This document shows positions 50,131 through 63,964 of a stretch of 64,000 nucleotides of DNA, one piece after another. A model generated the notes under the pieces. The model saw only the letters and a program-made list of their open reading frames with translations, was not told where the DNA came from and did no database searches. The stretch covers positions 917,233 to 981,232 of the forward strand of contig NMRA01000088.1 in the NCBI GenBank assembly GCA_002633005.1, in the 5' to 3' direction. Both the position numbers and the translations under genes were made by a program. Position 1 is the first letter of the stretch. Every line of letters begins with the position of its first letter. Source of the stretch: Phoronis australis. Lineage: Eukaryota > Animalia > Phoronida.

Positions 50131-52816
50131 ATACCAGACTACCAGCAATTATTTTTTTTATGGCATAAACTTGGTCTTCAGTTCTCTCTTCACAATAACC
50201 ATACGAAATAAAGGTTCAATCATGTAATTATTACCACTGCCAGGAAATCATATGTACAGATTTGCTCAGTAAGTACCAGTTGCGTGTATTTCTCAGATCC
50301 ATTATTCTTTCGTTGAAGTGAATTGTAATTATTTTTCAAAAGAAATAGTTGTGAGGAGTGTAAGAACAAATTTCCGACCTGAAACAGACCCCAGGTCATT
50401 TGTCAATTTACTTTTGACCTCTGTTGCAACTTTAACAGGCAAAAGAAAACTGTCCACACGTTGTTGGCCCACATCCACCAGCTGATAAACACATGTAGGA
50501 AGAACTGCCCCCACCACTAAAGCAAATTATTCATGGCTTGTTAAATTAAGCAAGGCAAACACCTCCACTTTGACATGCATTGTGTAACAACACAAGTATT
50601 AGGCCAATTTCAGGCTGATGGTGGATAGATATGCAGGATAGATGAGTTCTGGTGGAAAGACCAGGTAGTAATATTCACACTGTGCTACTATATACAAGCT
50701 ATCCCTTTCATATATTATGGTAGAACTAACTTTTACAAGTCATCAATTGTTTATAATATATATTATATGTCACTGTGGTGACATGCCCTATCAACAGTAC
50801 CAATGTCGCCAATCTTGAACAGATTGAATACACTATTTGGTTACTCCCGGTAAAATGTCATCAATTTCAGGCAAAAATAACTCCCAAAATTGATTTTAAC
50901 ATGTCTTTAAAGGTTTCTAACACTGCTGTGATTACGCAAGAACTCCCAAAACATTGTCTGATGCTAGCTACGGTGCAGAACTAAGAAAGGCGTTTCCAAT
51001 GAATTTTGGACTTTTGACGGTTTTTGAATTTTTATACTCACAGCAGGAATCTGGGAGCTTAGACCACTAATTGGCCAATTAAAACACCACCATACAAAGC
51101 CCTTTGTCAAAATGCACAACTAAAAAGCTGGTTATTTTCGCGACAGAAAGCGCCCCCTGGTGTCTGTTTACGACATTCAGTAAAACTGAAGCATTCTATG
51201 ATTTTCAGAGAAAGTTGATCAAAAGTAGCACATGATAACTGAAAAACTGTAAACACATGAAGCATCTACTTGGTGCAAGTTATACTTAAAGAAAAAACAA
51301 TTTCACTCGAACATCACAGCCTATCCAAAACTGGTGAGATCTTCTAAAACTGCAATTATTCCATTTCGAAATGGATACTAGCAAAAAAGGGAAGATAAAA
51401 TATCACAAATTTCCAACTAAAAGTAAATATATAATAAAATCAGCTTTCGGACACAATATGGCTGCATATGACTTACATTTTATTTTTCTGTTGTTTAACT
51501 AAAAAGTAACACCAGTAATTTAGTTGTTTTACTTTATCAAGACCCGGAACTACCACCGGAAAATATTTTGGAAAATCCTGGGTACTGGCAACAATGTTTG
51601 AGGCACTAGAAAAATGAAGAGGGCCATTTTGGAATTATTTTTGGGTGAAATTAAGATTTTACAGCAGTTTGCAGCCGACTAGTTGAGATGTAGTTTGTTT
51701 GTGCACAGACAGGGCAAAATAAAAATAGCATCTTAACACATTTATCTATATGTTTATTTCATGCAAAAAGACAATAAAAAGTGTGAATTTGGTCTTTTGC
51801 ATCATGATTTTACATCAAAAGCATTCGCAAGAAGCAAAGCCGAGTATCCCTTCCGCTAAGCATATGTTTTGTGAATTCATTAAACTGCCATTACATTGTG
51901 AACAGTCCCTAACCTCCAAATAACGGTACAGTCATTTTCAAACATTTTGCATCAAACACTTTTAATTAAAAAAATTGAGTAGTCACAAAATTGAGCTTCT
52001 TGTATTGAGGAGGGTATCGCATCAACAAACCTGCATCCACCAGAAGCTCTTTAAAAATCACCCGCTAATCCACCGACTGTTCTGAGCTTATAGACTATCA
52101 ACTGCCACCACTTTCTAATAGATTAATAATCCCTTCTTGTAAAGCCGTTGCAAATCAACTGTTAGACGAGGCAGGAGAACAAACCAATGAGAGACTGGAA
52201 TCCCAAGTCAAGGAAATTTATAGACTGCTTCAAGGTTGAACTGAAACCCCCGATAACTGTCCATGAGTGATCATTAGGCCGTAAAATATTCATAGCGGTC
52301 TAGATGGAAATCAAATTTAGCTCACATGAATACGGAATAAATTATAATTGCGATACGCTTAGACGAAAATACAGCCAAACAGATGAACTAAGTCAGTTTA
52401 CATGAACTAATCAAAGCAATCACGTTTTTTTCAATTACGTGGTTGAACCAGCAGAAGACAATTTGAAACATATGGCCAAAGAAAATAGTGTAATTGGTTC
52501 TTGTCTGCGCCCGACTAATTTTGAAACCTGCATCTCACTGTTTAAAGAAAAAAACACGCCCACCTGCATCATTTTCAGCGAAGTCTTTTTCAAAAGCCAA
52601 ACAAACATATCGAAGCTGCTTTTTTGACCCAAATGACTTGGCTGTGCAACTCAGTGACAATCGCCTCTTCTATGGCCTTAATTTGACTTGACGTTGACTC
52701 TCTAAAGCCGTCTCCTCACTATAACATTTTGCTTACGTATCACGACAGGTAACTCTACCTCATTATGTCCACATTTTGGCCACATAGGAACAACCAGGTG
52801 TCACAAACAACAGCTA

Positions 52817-52985
52817 CAGTACAAGACAAAAGTAATGAGACAAAATATCACTTCCCTATCCTGACGGCTTATTCTGTTCTGAGAAAAAATGACAGACAAT
52901 AACTTTTATAGGAGCAAAATTCTAATTGCAAAATAGCTTAGCCAGTTTGCTTACTTTCCCGTTAATTCCCTTTCAAATTCGTCTG
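52817..52985 (+). mobile_element. Tc1-like terminal remnant; second copy at 58732-58900
   Basis: Both copies begin ta|CAGTA..AGACAAAAGTA and share TGACGGCT and AGCAAAATTCTAATT. Confidence 0.55.
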
Positions 52986-55900
52986 AATACTTCTGGTTTG
53001 TACTTGAACATAAAACAAAACCAATGAGGACAAAAGACACAACCCACTACACAGGACAGCTTCAATGTCACCTAATAGGCACTATGTAAAGAGGATTCTT
53101 TATTTGGGTGCAAACAAACATTTTAAGTCCTATTATCACGCCATCTGTTGGCCACATGCATGAACTAATGAATAGATTGACATATTCACATAATTTACAG
53201 CATGACCTCTGAATTTTTGTTTAAAACACGACACCAAGATAGACACACTAAATTTTAATACAAAACTGAAGATAACGAACTTGCTCAGGTATCCACCAAT
53301 GTGGACTATAGTGGAATTTGAATCCACTGTTTTTTCAGTTGATGAAACATTGAAGACACTAGCTCCAGCACTAGGCTACACCATCACATCTGAATCTCAC
53401 AAGAATGTTCAAGACAATAATTGGCTTACTGCAATACTGTTCCCTAAACAGATGTCATGTATGGACAACACCTTCCGAACACCTGCGTGGATAACGAGGA
53501 CCTCTAGTTCGCCTGCAGTTCCTCCTCGAATTAATTGAAAGATCCAACGAAATGGGCAAGAGGGGCGGAGGGAATTAAGAGACTGGAAGGATGAAGAGTG
53601 GTCTTTTCTATATACAACATCAAAGATGCCCACAGAGAGAGATTGAAAATGCAGATGTTGATAAGAGGGTACACATCATCTAATTAGTAATTACTGAAGA
53701 ACGTTAACCATACATCAAAACCTACGGTATATCCTACATCATGCTACAATAATCTCTCTTCAGTTCCGTACAAAAATAATTATCGGAAAAATTTTGTCAC
53801 AGATTGATTGCGTCATTTTAACAGAACGCGTTTTTAAAAAAGTGCGAGACGTTACCAAAGTCGTACTTCAAGTTGAAATCATGCTCACTTTTAACATAAT
53901 GGGGTGTATACGCTGCATTCATTCAGTTTTATGCCCAGATGTCATTCCGACTCAGAATTTCAAAGAGGGGGCCAAAAAATAACTCAATTAATTCTGGTTT
54001 ATGCCGGACTCGTTTGAAGCCTGCAAATGATCCTGGCCCATTCAGCTGGCATTGAGTGACTTCTTCCAGAAATATGGGCAACTAAAAATGTCCCCTTCAT
54101 TACATTAAGTATCAAAAATATAGACCAGAACTAATTAATATGACTTGTTAAAATAAATTCACTGTTACAAACTGATGTTCAACTTAAATGTCATACATAA
54201 TTTATTCAATTTCGATATCGACAAAAATAATTGCTATAATGGTGATTACCAGATTTTCAGAACATCGCTACAAATCCTCAAAATGGTACCAAATGTCGCG
54301 TTAACGACCACATTACTACACACTGCCAGCAATGAAGTAAAAAGTTATTAAAAGTTACTTGGTTACGAACTTTCTTAAAAATGAAATTCCACTCGTGCGC
54401 CATACTGCGTTTTCAACTGAAGAATTTTTACCGAAGACATCCTACATACTAGAATTGATGATGGGAGAAAGAGTCACGAAAACCCAACAGTCCTTCAACG
54501 GACAAATCTTCCGCAACTGATCCAGCCATTGCGTTCATACATTATTTTCCCCCAAAGCGCTGTGAAATTCCCACGCATCCTTCTAGGATAAACATTATGA
54601 AATTTCTCCAAAGTAATTATCTTCCAGGATACTAACGAATAAAATCAAAGATGGCCAATTTTAGCTCACTACTTAGGAGATTTAAATAATTGATGAGCTC
54701 AATGATAGAGCAGGAAATACAAGACAGAGCACATGGATAGAAATCTGAAATTGGGAACAAATATAATAGCTAAAAAGGCTGTTCATTTTCCAGAGGCTTA
54801 CTACATTGATGCAAACGATCAAAATTTTACTAAAAACTTGGTGACAGCGGTGAAGTATAAATCAAATAAAGTTTTTCCAACAAGTTATTAACTTGAGAAA
54901 TTCCAAATACGGTGATTTTCCGCTCATTTCGCACAAAAATAATTGCCAAAAGTATCATTTCCCATTTTCCAAAAGTCGATTACTTCACTGCAAATAACAG
55001 AAAATTTACCAAAAGTTGTTTTATGAAATCTTCATAGGAGAGAAAAAATGCTTAGTAATAGACTAAAATTTTCACTGTTTTTTGCAGAGAAATTTGACAA
55101 AGTAGAATTTCACTTGTCGACCATAGTGTGAAAAATTCCTGTACCTGAGTAGTGTTCCAACTACACTCTAGGTGAACCTTTGAACAGATTGGTGTCTAGG
55201 ATGAAGCGGACAAGTTGCCACATGACATCACAATGTGGAGAGTGCTATCTCACTATAATTCCAATGTATTCGCAGTGGATATACACCAAGAATACAGAAT
55301 CTCAGTGTGAGGCCTAAGGGCAAAAAAAAGCACAGATGGTTCTGGTTTGTATTTTTTTGTTTTGAAAACTGATGCAATGGTACGATATTTTGTAAAGGTG
55401 CTGGTGAGACAATTTTTGTTTTAAAAAATTCCAGGACATTGGCTGAAAACGAAGCAAATGGGAGCTTTTGAGTGGTGCGGCACAGGTTTCAAAATGAGTT
55501 AAGTGCAAAGTAAATAGAACCAACTAAGCTTTTTCAGGGCTAATTTACCATGAGCTTACAAGAAGAACAGCTTGACTAGAAAATTGATTTCTTGGCACCA
55601 TACAGATTATGGAGGAGCTTAGAAAAATGTCCGACGTCGGCCAACTTCAGAACACTGCATCTCAGAAATAGCAATCGGATTTATAGGCAACTTTCAAATA
55701 CTATGTTTAATACACAGTTCTCCAAAACGCTGTTAGAAATTGTTTTTAAAATGTTCCACTACTGCATGAGGGGCCGTCAAAAATAAGACTTTTATTATTT
55801 TTATGAAAATGTTGCACAAAACGCAACTGTATCAGTATTTTCGAGATTTTATCTTGAACATTTGTATCATAGGAAACTTGGCCGTGTCATTGATCCTGTT

Positions 55901-56302
55901 GTTTTTCTAAAAATGTTCCTTTCTATTTATTGCTAATTTAAAAAAACAAGGTCATGTGACCTAATTAGGGGCAGATTGGTAATAAGCAAAAAATTAAAAT
56001 TCTACACAATTTCTACTTCCAACAAAAAATGTATACTTCAGTTCAGTTAAATTCTATAGTTTTGTAGATATTTGGCCATTTTGATAGGGTCTTATAATAA
56101 CGTGTTGTTTTATTACGGATTTATTGGTATTTGGACACACCGTAGCCTGATCGGCAGGCCAATTTACCAAGGTCCGTAGCAGGAGTTTGGGGTCTGTTCG
56201 GATATAAATTCGAAGTATTCTTCCGTGAAATACAGACAGGAGAACCTAGATCTGTGTTGTTAAGACTTGTGATTTTTTAGTTCTAAACGCACAAAACGCT
56301 TG

Positions 56303-56400
56303 CTATCCCGGCCAGTGGCTCAGAACCCGATCCAGGCCTGTCGCGGCCGGACTGACTATCCCTGCCAGTGGCTGGGAACCCGATCAGGACCGTTGTGGCC
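56303..56400. repeat. Imperfect tandem repeat, 53-bp period
   Basis: CTATCCC.GCCAGTGGCT..GAACCCGATC twice. Confidence 0.75.
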
Positions 56401-56934
56401 ACCGGGTCTGGCACGAACATAAACCTGATTGAATTGTAAACTAAACCTCCAGTCACCAAAAGATTATAATAATGAGCACGTAATTATTTATGTGAATTAG
56501 CTATAAAACTGAAAATCTACTTACTTGTATTTCTAAATTAAGATTCCCTTAACATGTGACCATAGCATATAAAATCGAGTAATTGTTTCACAACTGCTTT
56601 CTCTCAGCACTGAATTAGCATGCGCTCACAGGGCCTCGGTGCCTGGTCAATTACCTTTATTGCCGGCATCAAAAGCCGGGTAGCGCAGTGGTTTATTCAT
56701 TGCTGGCTTCTCAACATTTGCACTTACAATACTGCAAAGGCATTACAAATTGTGTCTAATGAGACAGACTTTGTTTTGGTTTTAAATAAGCCTTGGTTAG
56801 TAAGAGAATAATTCATTTTGAAACAGAATGCAGAATAGCGTCTACATGGCAACTAGCCCGGCGCCAATCCCGACTTAGTCAAGAGCTCATCTCACGAAGA
56901 CTTCACAGGTCGAATCGTTAGGTTTCACAGGCTG

Positions 56935-57256
56935 TCAGTTCGAACCGGAATACACTGATCTAAAAATACTAGAGAGGCGCCGTGAACATGCACAGGCAAC
57001 GGAACGTATGGATAGTTCTTTGGTAAGCCGGAATTCATCAGAGAAATCACAGTTGACGAAATGCCGGCCACAGACTTGGAGATGTTTCGCAGCCTCATAT
57101 TTCAAGTTAACAGCGTACCTTTCATTCTTCACTACCGCGAGCCACTTCCTAAGCATAGGGCTCTCGAGGAAGTTGAAAAAACGATATACCCGCTTTCTTC
57201 GCAGCTTCGTAGTTCGGACAAGCAGGTACGATGCTGGCAAATATAGCGGTATTCAT
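56935..57256 (-). pseudogene. Frameshifted THAP zinc-finger (C2CH) domain relic, probably from a transposon
   Basis: One frame gives MNTAIFASIVPACPNYEAAKKAGISFFQLPRE. After a frameshift the sequence continues PMLRKWLAVVK...LQVCGRHFVNCDF. Together these show the THAP C..F.LP..W..C..HF..DF pattern, with the first Cys apparently mutated to Ser. Confidence 0.7.
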
Positions 57257-58731
57257 TCTGCAGATGAATCACTGACGTCGTTGCATCATTTCTCACCTTC
57301 CTCACAGGTTAACGCGACACCTATCGGCAAGGTGAGGTCGACCGTATAAGTGGCGATGTGGATATAGACCGATTAAGACGGTAAAAAGGACTAATTAAAT
57401 CGGGTGGCATTCTCCTTTAAGGTTTAAGGTCACAACAACATGGGAGACAAAAGAAACCAAACACCAATGACCATTCTGTGTATTCTCCAAATGCAACCAC
57501 GGCACATGTAGGCTACAGATAAATCAGGGGACCTAACTACCAAACAACACAGGAATTGTTGAAGCTTAGCACTGTAACTAGTAAAGTTTTAACCAATTTT
57601 GAGCAATTGCAGCATTTCTCACTTTCATGGTCAGATAACATTATTCTGAATGTCCACACTTTTTCAAAATATTGTCTGGTGGTAGCTTTAACACAAAACT
57701 TAAACACGATAAAGAATCCAGTTGGTGCTGCGCATCTTTAGCCAAAAAACAAGAGAATAACGTCTCACTCTTCAGCTATATTGTGTCCTAAATAGAACCA
57801 GTTGCCCTAGAAATATGCATATGTTGACATTCTGCAGGTGTGAGTCACGACACCTTCAGCACAGAACGAAGTAGGGCAACTGACACGACATTTTCTTCTT
57901 TCGTTACTTGCGAAAAAACGATGCTCAATCTTTTGCCATCATCAATCACAACAACTACTCAATAATGTAATACCAGTAGATGCACATAAACTGTCATATC
58001 ACCATAACCTCCAGGCATGTACTAACTGAGTTCTGCATTTATGACACGTGTCCACTAGGACTACTAGTATCATCTTTTTGCAGAAAATAACCAGCTCTAC
58101 TACTACCATACGAAAAAGTGCCTCTAGAAACTAGGTTTCAAAGCCTTTCATATCATCCGCGGGCACATTTCGCGAGTTAGCAAGACTAAGCATGTGAAAG
58201 GCTCACAACCGTACACGAGTACACCTTTGCGCAGCGTAGCCAAAGTACACTGCCGTCTGATCATTAGAATTATGAGTAAATCACGTTCATATCCGTTCCT
58301 GTTTTTGGGATACTTGTTGCAGGGTTTTGATCATTTCTTTGCACCTAATCCACCCATTTCCAACATTTCTGTGTTGCTCAGGCACAAAGGTTTTTCATTT
58401 ACATTCCTGATGAGGCCAAAACAGTATCCTCCGGTGACAAAAAATCTCCTGGTTAGAATCAGTTTCCACTTGTGCAAACACTCAGCATGCAACAGGTTTA
58501 TAACCACATAAGTAAATAGCAGAGTAGCAGACCGCCTCGATGTGGATCAGGACATGGATGGGGCTTCCTCTAACTGGAATAATTCACCTATCAAAAAGCA
58601 CAGGTACCTTCCCCTAAGGTCAAAGAGGGCCTTCACTGGGTTTTCATTTTCCAGCATATAATTTTTAGTTTCCCCATACAAAACAATAACACATATGGTA
58701 CTCTTTGGTAATGATTTTACCAAGCAAGTTA

Positions 58732-58900
58732 CAGTAAGAGACAAAAGTATTCGGACAAAATACCATTTCCCCTGTCATGACGGCTAATTCCGTTAAAATA
58801 AAAAATGTCTGGTACATGATGACTATTAGGGCAGCAAAATTCTAATTATAAAATGTCATAGCCACCTCACTAACTTTCCTCTTAAATTACCCTTCATTCT
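58732..58900 (+). mobile_element. Tc1-like terminal remnant, homologous to 52817-52985
   Basis: Manual alignment with the 52817 copy. Confidence 0.55.
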
Positions 58901-61900
58901 CAGTCATCAGGGGAGACTACTCTGGCGATGAATTCACCTTCATGACGAGTCATTCTCTCTTAATAGTTATGGCTTGTACAAGTTGTGCTGCATATTGAGG
59001 TTACATTGGAGGGTCACACAAGGCCAACTTCAAGTCAAGATGAAACAAGAATGAAGTGACTCATTAAGCCAAAGACATCACACACAAATTGTACTACAAC
59101 GACACAAAACGAAAAGTGTGAATTTCAACAACACTAGTTTTGAGAGAATTACAGAGTGAAACCAACACATCCGACACTCGCCACTGTGCGAGATGGTGAT
59201 AGTCACGTTTATACGTATAGAGGGCTGAGTATAACTGCATGAACTTGCGACATGATCTCGCCTGCAAAATTTCATAAGCGTTTCATTGTATCTCATGATT
59301 TTTCCATCAACATGCCCGGAGAACATTTTTGTCATTTGTTGAGTTCTTGAATTTCCCATAAGAAAATAAAACCTTGCTTTTGTTAGTGAGGTTCAAACAA
59401 TCCTTTGATTTTTGATGAAGCACAATGGGGGCATCTATATTTTCACTTCCTGTTGCATTTGATTGACAGAAGGTCAATTCCTAATCGAGTTATTCCAGTG
59501 TTAAACGTACTTTAGCCATGAAAAAGAATGTGGTCGTTCTACTGCTCGTCTAATCCTGCTTCATAAAAGAACAGGATGCTCAACTATTGCTGACGAGATG
59601 TTCCGCTGAAAAATTCGGATTCTTACCCTTTTACCGAATCAGCCTAATAAATGTGAGAGAGTTAGCCCCATTAAAAGACACATATTTGAACAGTTTTTCA
59701 TAGATTCGAATCAATTCCATAACCCTTACACAAAGCTTATTTATTGACCTTGTAGTCTCTCACACACAACAATCCCAAATAAAAAGTCCTGCTAGAAAAA
59801 CCGTCTATTACAATTTGGACCCATAAAATGAACTCTTTCACATACATTTCTATTGGAAAAGGCCTCCTTAAAAAGAGAAACTGGACGCAAATATGAGCAG
59901 CAGAACTCGTAAATGGCACAGGTACGTGCACCCTTGGCATAGATTACAATTCTTGAATGTCAACCGACCAAGCGCTGTACTCAACATCATGCTGTTCAAA
60001 GTGCCCAAATTTCGCACGTAACCATAGAAATCCATGGGTAAAACGGTCAACTGTGGTTACAAAAACACGGCATGAAAAATAACGACAACATGGTGAGGTA
60101 TTAAGCACAGAACTGGCAATACATCTTAACCTTACTTGAACAAACCGTACTTAACTTTACAACAAAAGTTTCTAACTTGCGACATGATTATTCCTCAAAA
60201 ATGGTTATCAAGGTCAGTGACCTAAAGATACAGATGGTGGCAGGTGTGGAGGTAAACTACAGGTACACACCGACACTTGACTGAAGTGTGTAATTAAAGA
60301 CGTTCATCACCCACGGCAATGTTATACAAATCTGTGATGTGACAGCCAACAGACCACCAGCATTTAGGATGAACAGCCAAAATCCGCATGTCGCACATAC
60401 TTGGCATAATCATACTCTCTGGAACGTTAATTTTCCTGTGCACAGTCAAATAGCAAAAATAGTGTCAATGCACACGGCTTCAGTAAAATCTCACAAATTT
60501 TTGGTAAAAATAATAACCAGAAATGCCCATTCATCATTTTTCGAAAGCTTCAAACACGCGAATGCAAACAATTTTCAAAATAGTCTGGAAATGATAGGGA
60601 TGGTACAGAGCTCTTGAAAATGATGTAGCAACACTGTGGTGCTTAAGTCAAGAGACTAAATATCACCTGTCCACACTATTTCATTCCAAGTTGGTGGTAT
60701 TATACCCTATTTTCCCAGTAAGACAAGCTTGTGCAACTACTAAGCAGTCCACTGACACAACATTATGATGAATCACCTGGAATCACGGACTTCATCTGTG
60801 ACTCGAATCTGTCACTAATAAACTTAATACTGGCCTCAAAACAGCACGAGATAAATCTCAAAAGTATCTCCATTAAAAACAACAAGGAATAATTTGATTT
60901 CAGGAGAATTTGGGTCAAGCCACGACATCTGGTTAGCACTCCGCGATGTAATTGGGCGTATCCGAACAATACCACATACCAACTGAACATCAACAACGAT
61001 GCAAATCCTGTTCAGGTTACGTGGAGCTTTTTAGCAATTAAAATGTTCGCCGGTAAACGGCTTCAGTGCCCACTTACCTGGCAACCTGGAGACATTACAT
61101 GGCGACTCATGACATCAGAAAGTGTTCAACAGCACACAATGCTCACAGCAAACACAGCATCACGCGCCAGGGGCGCATTAGACATACTCCACAAAGCTTT
61201 GAATAACAGGTAGAGTTGAAAAAACCCGCCCTTTAAACGTTAACACGTTAGCCGGTGGTTGATAGAATTCCAGGAAGACAAGGGATGCAGAAGGAGTGTG
61301 TACAAAGCTTTGTGTGCGAGTCAACCGCTTGAAGGTATTGGTAGTATCTGGCAAATGACAACAGTTCTCTGTGCGGTGACTAAAGAGCAGCCTAGCACCG
61401 TGTATTGATCTTAGCATATACTGGAATACATATATGCACACAAACGTACACACGCACACAGAGAGAGACAGTAAGCCCCTGACTAGGCAGTGTTTATGAC
61501 AGAGTGTGAGTGACAGTCACTGACTGTGTGTGATAAGCAATGAACTAGTGAGGGCGGAAACCGATAAAAATCGTTATTGTCTCCAGCGATATTGATCGGC
61601 CTGTCAGTTGATGAACTTCTGCTGGTATGTGCGGACGGCACAGTGGGGAGCGGATGTGAGCAAACGTGGGCTAATTAGCTGCTATGTAAATTATACAGGC
61701 ACACAAAGCAAGCTGATGCATGAGTATGACTTCACTGGATAACAAGCTGATGATTGCGTTGGTTTGGGCAAAGACAAGGGAATACCATCTCCTGACTGGT
61801 AGCTGGAAGGACAACTACCACCAATTCACAGAATCTATGGCAGATTGTTTTTGATTAATTTATAACATTTGGTCTTATACCATAAAGTTTCGAAAAAATG

Positions 61901-62346
61901 ATGTAAAATGTGTACAAACGGATTACAATTAATGAAGGGACGGGTACGACTACCTATTCAGTGTTCTCCACAACCTGCTTTGACTTGCCACAGTTACGAG
62001 TTTGGATTTTGCAGCGTTAAGTTGAGCTCACCTGCGTCTGATTTGAAAAAACTAAGTTTAAATTCATGGGAAATTAGTCATTTGCTAAGCTAATTAATAG
62101 ATTTTGAAAGTCTGGCACCGGCTCAGAATATTGATTCCTGGGCTTCGCATACAAATCCCCCCAGAATGAACCCAGACTTTTCATCATTTCATCGCCATCA
62201 AGTTTGTATCTTCCATAACGGAGAACACTTAATCTACCATCATTCTTAATACTTAAACAATGCCGATAGTGACCACCAGGCTGAACTACCTGACTACCCT
62301 TTATTCCAAAAGTGAACAAATCCAGCACACCTTGCATGTCCCAGTG

Positions 62347-62776
62347 CAAGGTACCTAAACTACACGGTCAACGGACTCATAAACACGACTCACGGACCTG
62401 CAAACACCGTCCACTGACTCACAAACACGGGAACGGACTCACTAAACACGATCCACGCACCCAAATACACGGGACACGGACTCATATTCACGAGGAAACA
62501 CGGTTAAAGGACCGCCAAACACGGGTCACGGACAAAATGAAGATGTCAGCTGACCCAGGAAGCCGATGAGTCCGTGACCCGTGTTTGGCGGTCCGTTAAC
62601 CGTGTTTCCTCGTGAAAATGAGTCCGTGTCCAGTGTACTTGGGTGCGTGGATCGTGTTTTGGGAGTCCGTTCCCGTGTTTGTGAGTCAGTGGACGGTGTT
62701 TGCAGGTCCATGAGTCGTGTTCATGCGTCCGTGCCCGTGTTTATGAGTCCGTTGACCGTGTAGTTTAGGTACCTTG
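62347..62776. mobile_element. Foldback/MITE: ~190-bp inverted arms, 36-bp spacer, 5-bp CAGTG target-site duplication
   Basis: Arms 62347-62533 and 62570-62776; cagtg|CAAGGTACCTAAACTACACGG...CCGTGTAGTTTAGGTACCTTG|cagtg. Confidence 0.88.
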
Positions 62777-63964
62777 CAGTGGGTTGTAACTCTCCACCAT
62801 CTTCACACTTCTAAAGGGCAAAAACCTGACCAAACATGGGACACACTATTCACGCACTTTTTCACATCCTAAAGCTTCCCTACAGTTCAAGAGACCCAAC
62901 CATAGCTACTTGTTATATATACTTGCTGAGAACGCCACTGTCATTTTGACAGCAAAACAATAAAAAGAACCACTACGTAACATTACTTCAATCACGTTTC
63001 TTGGTTTTCCGCATAAAAAGATCAGACTCTTCAAACTTGGCTCAAGATTTTAAACATGGCCGACGACTTTACCAACGTGGGTGAATCCAAACTGTTACAC
63101 AGCCATGATATAAGCCAGAGTGTGTACATTATGCTCAAGGAATTGTGTCAAGGATGAATATCACTTTTCGTTTGCTTTTTCTGAAATCAGAGCTAAGTGT
63201 CTAAGTGAATGCCTTCCCTGTTTAAATTTCATAGACTGTTAAATAATCTTGATACCTCAGTAGTGAAATATGTTTACTACGCCATCTACGAAAGTAACAG
63301 CTCAGGTATTGCTGACTAGTGTACATAGCACTCCAGTGTACTTGTTTCTATGTTGTACTTTGGGCCAATGGCCATGTGTACAATAAAGAATTGCCTTGTA
63401 TAAGCCAGCATTTAACCACTACACCACTAGCTCAACCTCAAGTCAGGGCAAGCATTAGCGACTGAGCACAGTTCTATGGTTTACATGCAACATATGCCTA
63501 AGTTAGGTTTAAAAGCCTTCCCAAGAGATTTACGTTACCTCTCAACAAAGACATCCAAGGAACGTCATGAATTTGTAATTTGCAAACCCCCTCAGCCACC
63601 AGGTATTCCACAACTACATGGTGTATTTGTTGAAACAACATTAAAACACCCAAACTAGGTCAGGCTCAGACACAAGGTGTACTTCCAAATCAATAGTGAT
63701 CAGATTTCTGTCTATTGATTTTAGCTCAGCAAACAAGCTGGCTCCAAAACAACATAAATGAACTTCATAAATAAAGCTTCACAATTTTTCATTGTTGAAT
63801 GATTAAGTAGACATGGGACATGTTTCTCGAAGAGTCTAGGACGACAATTTTTTGGCTTTTGATTTTTACCTTTAATGTGTTCCCGAGCACGAAACAGATT
63901 TCTGTCTCTTGGCTTTGAGATGTAGACAGGATTTTCTATCAGCCTTAGCTTGATTTCATGAGCA

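Noticed and set aside
703-55128. CACAGTG/CACTATG heptamers (703, 5164, 55122) as RSS or ProtoRAG/Transib ends
   Set aside because: I found no paired inverted end, nonamer or target duplication. Several such 7-mers are expected by chance in 64 kb.
62312-62763. Small ORFs on both strands
   Set aside because: They are by-products of the foldback element's internal repeats.
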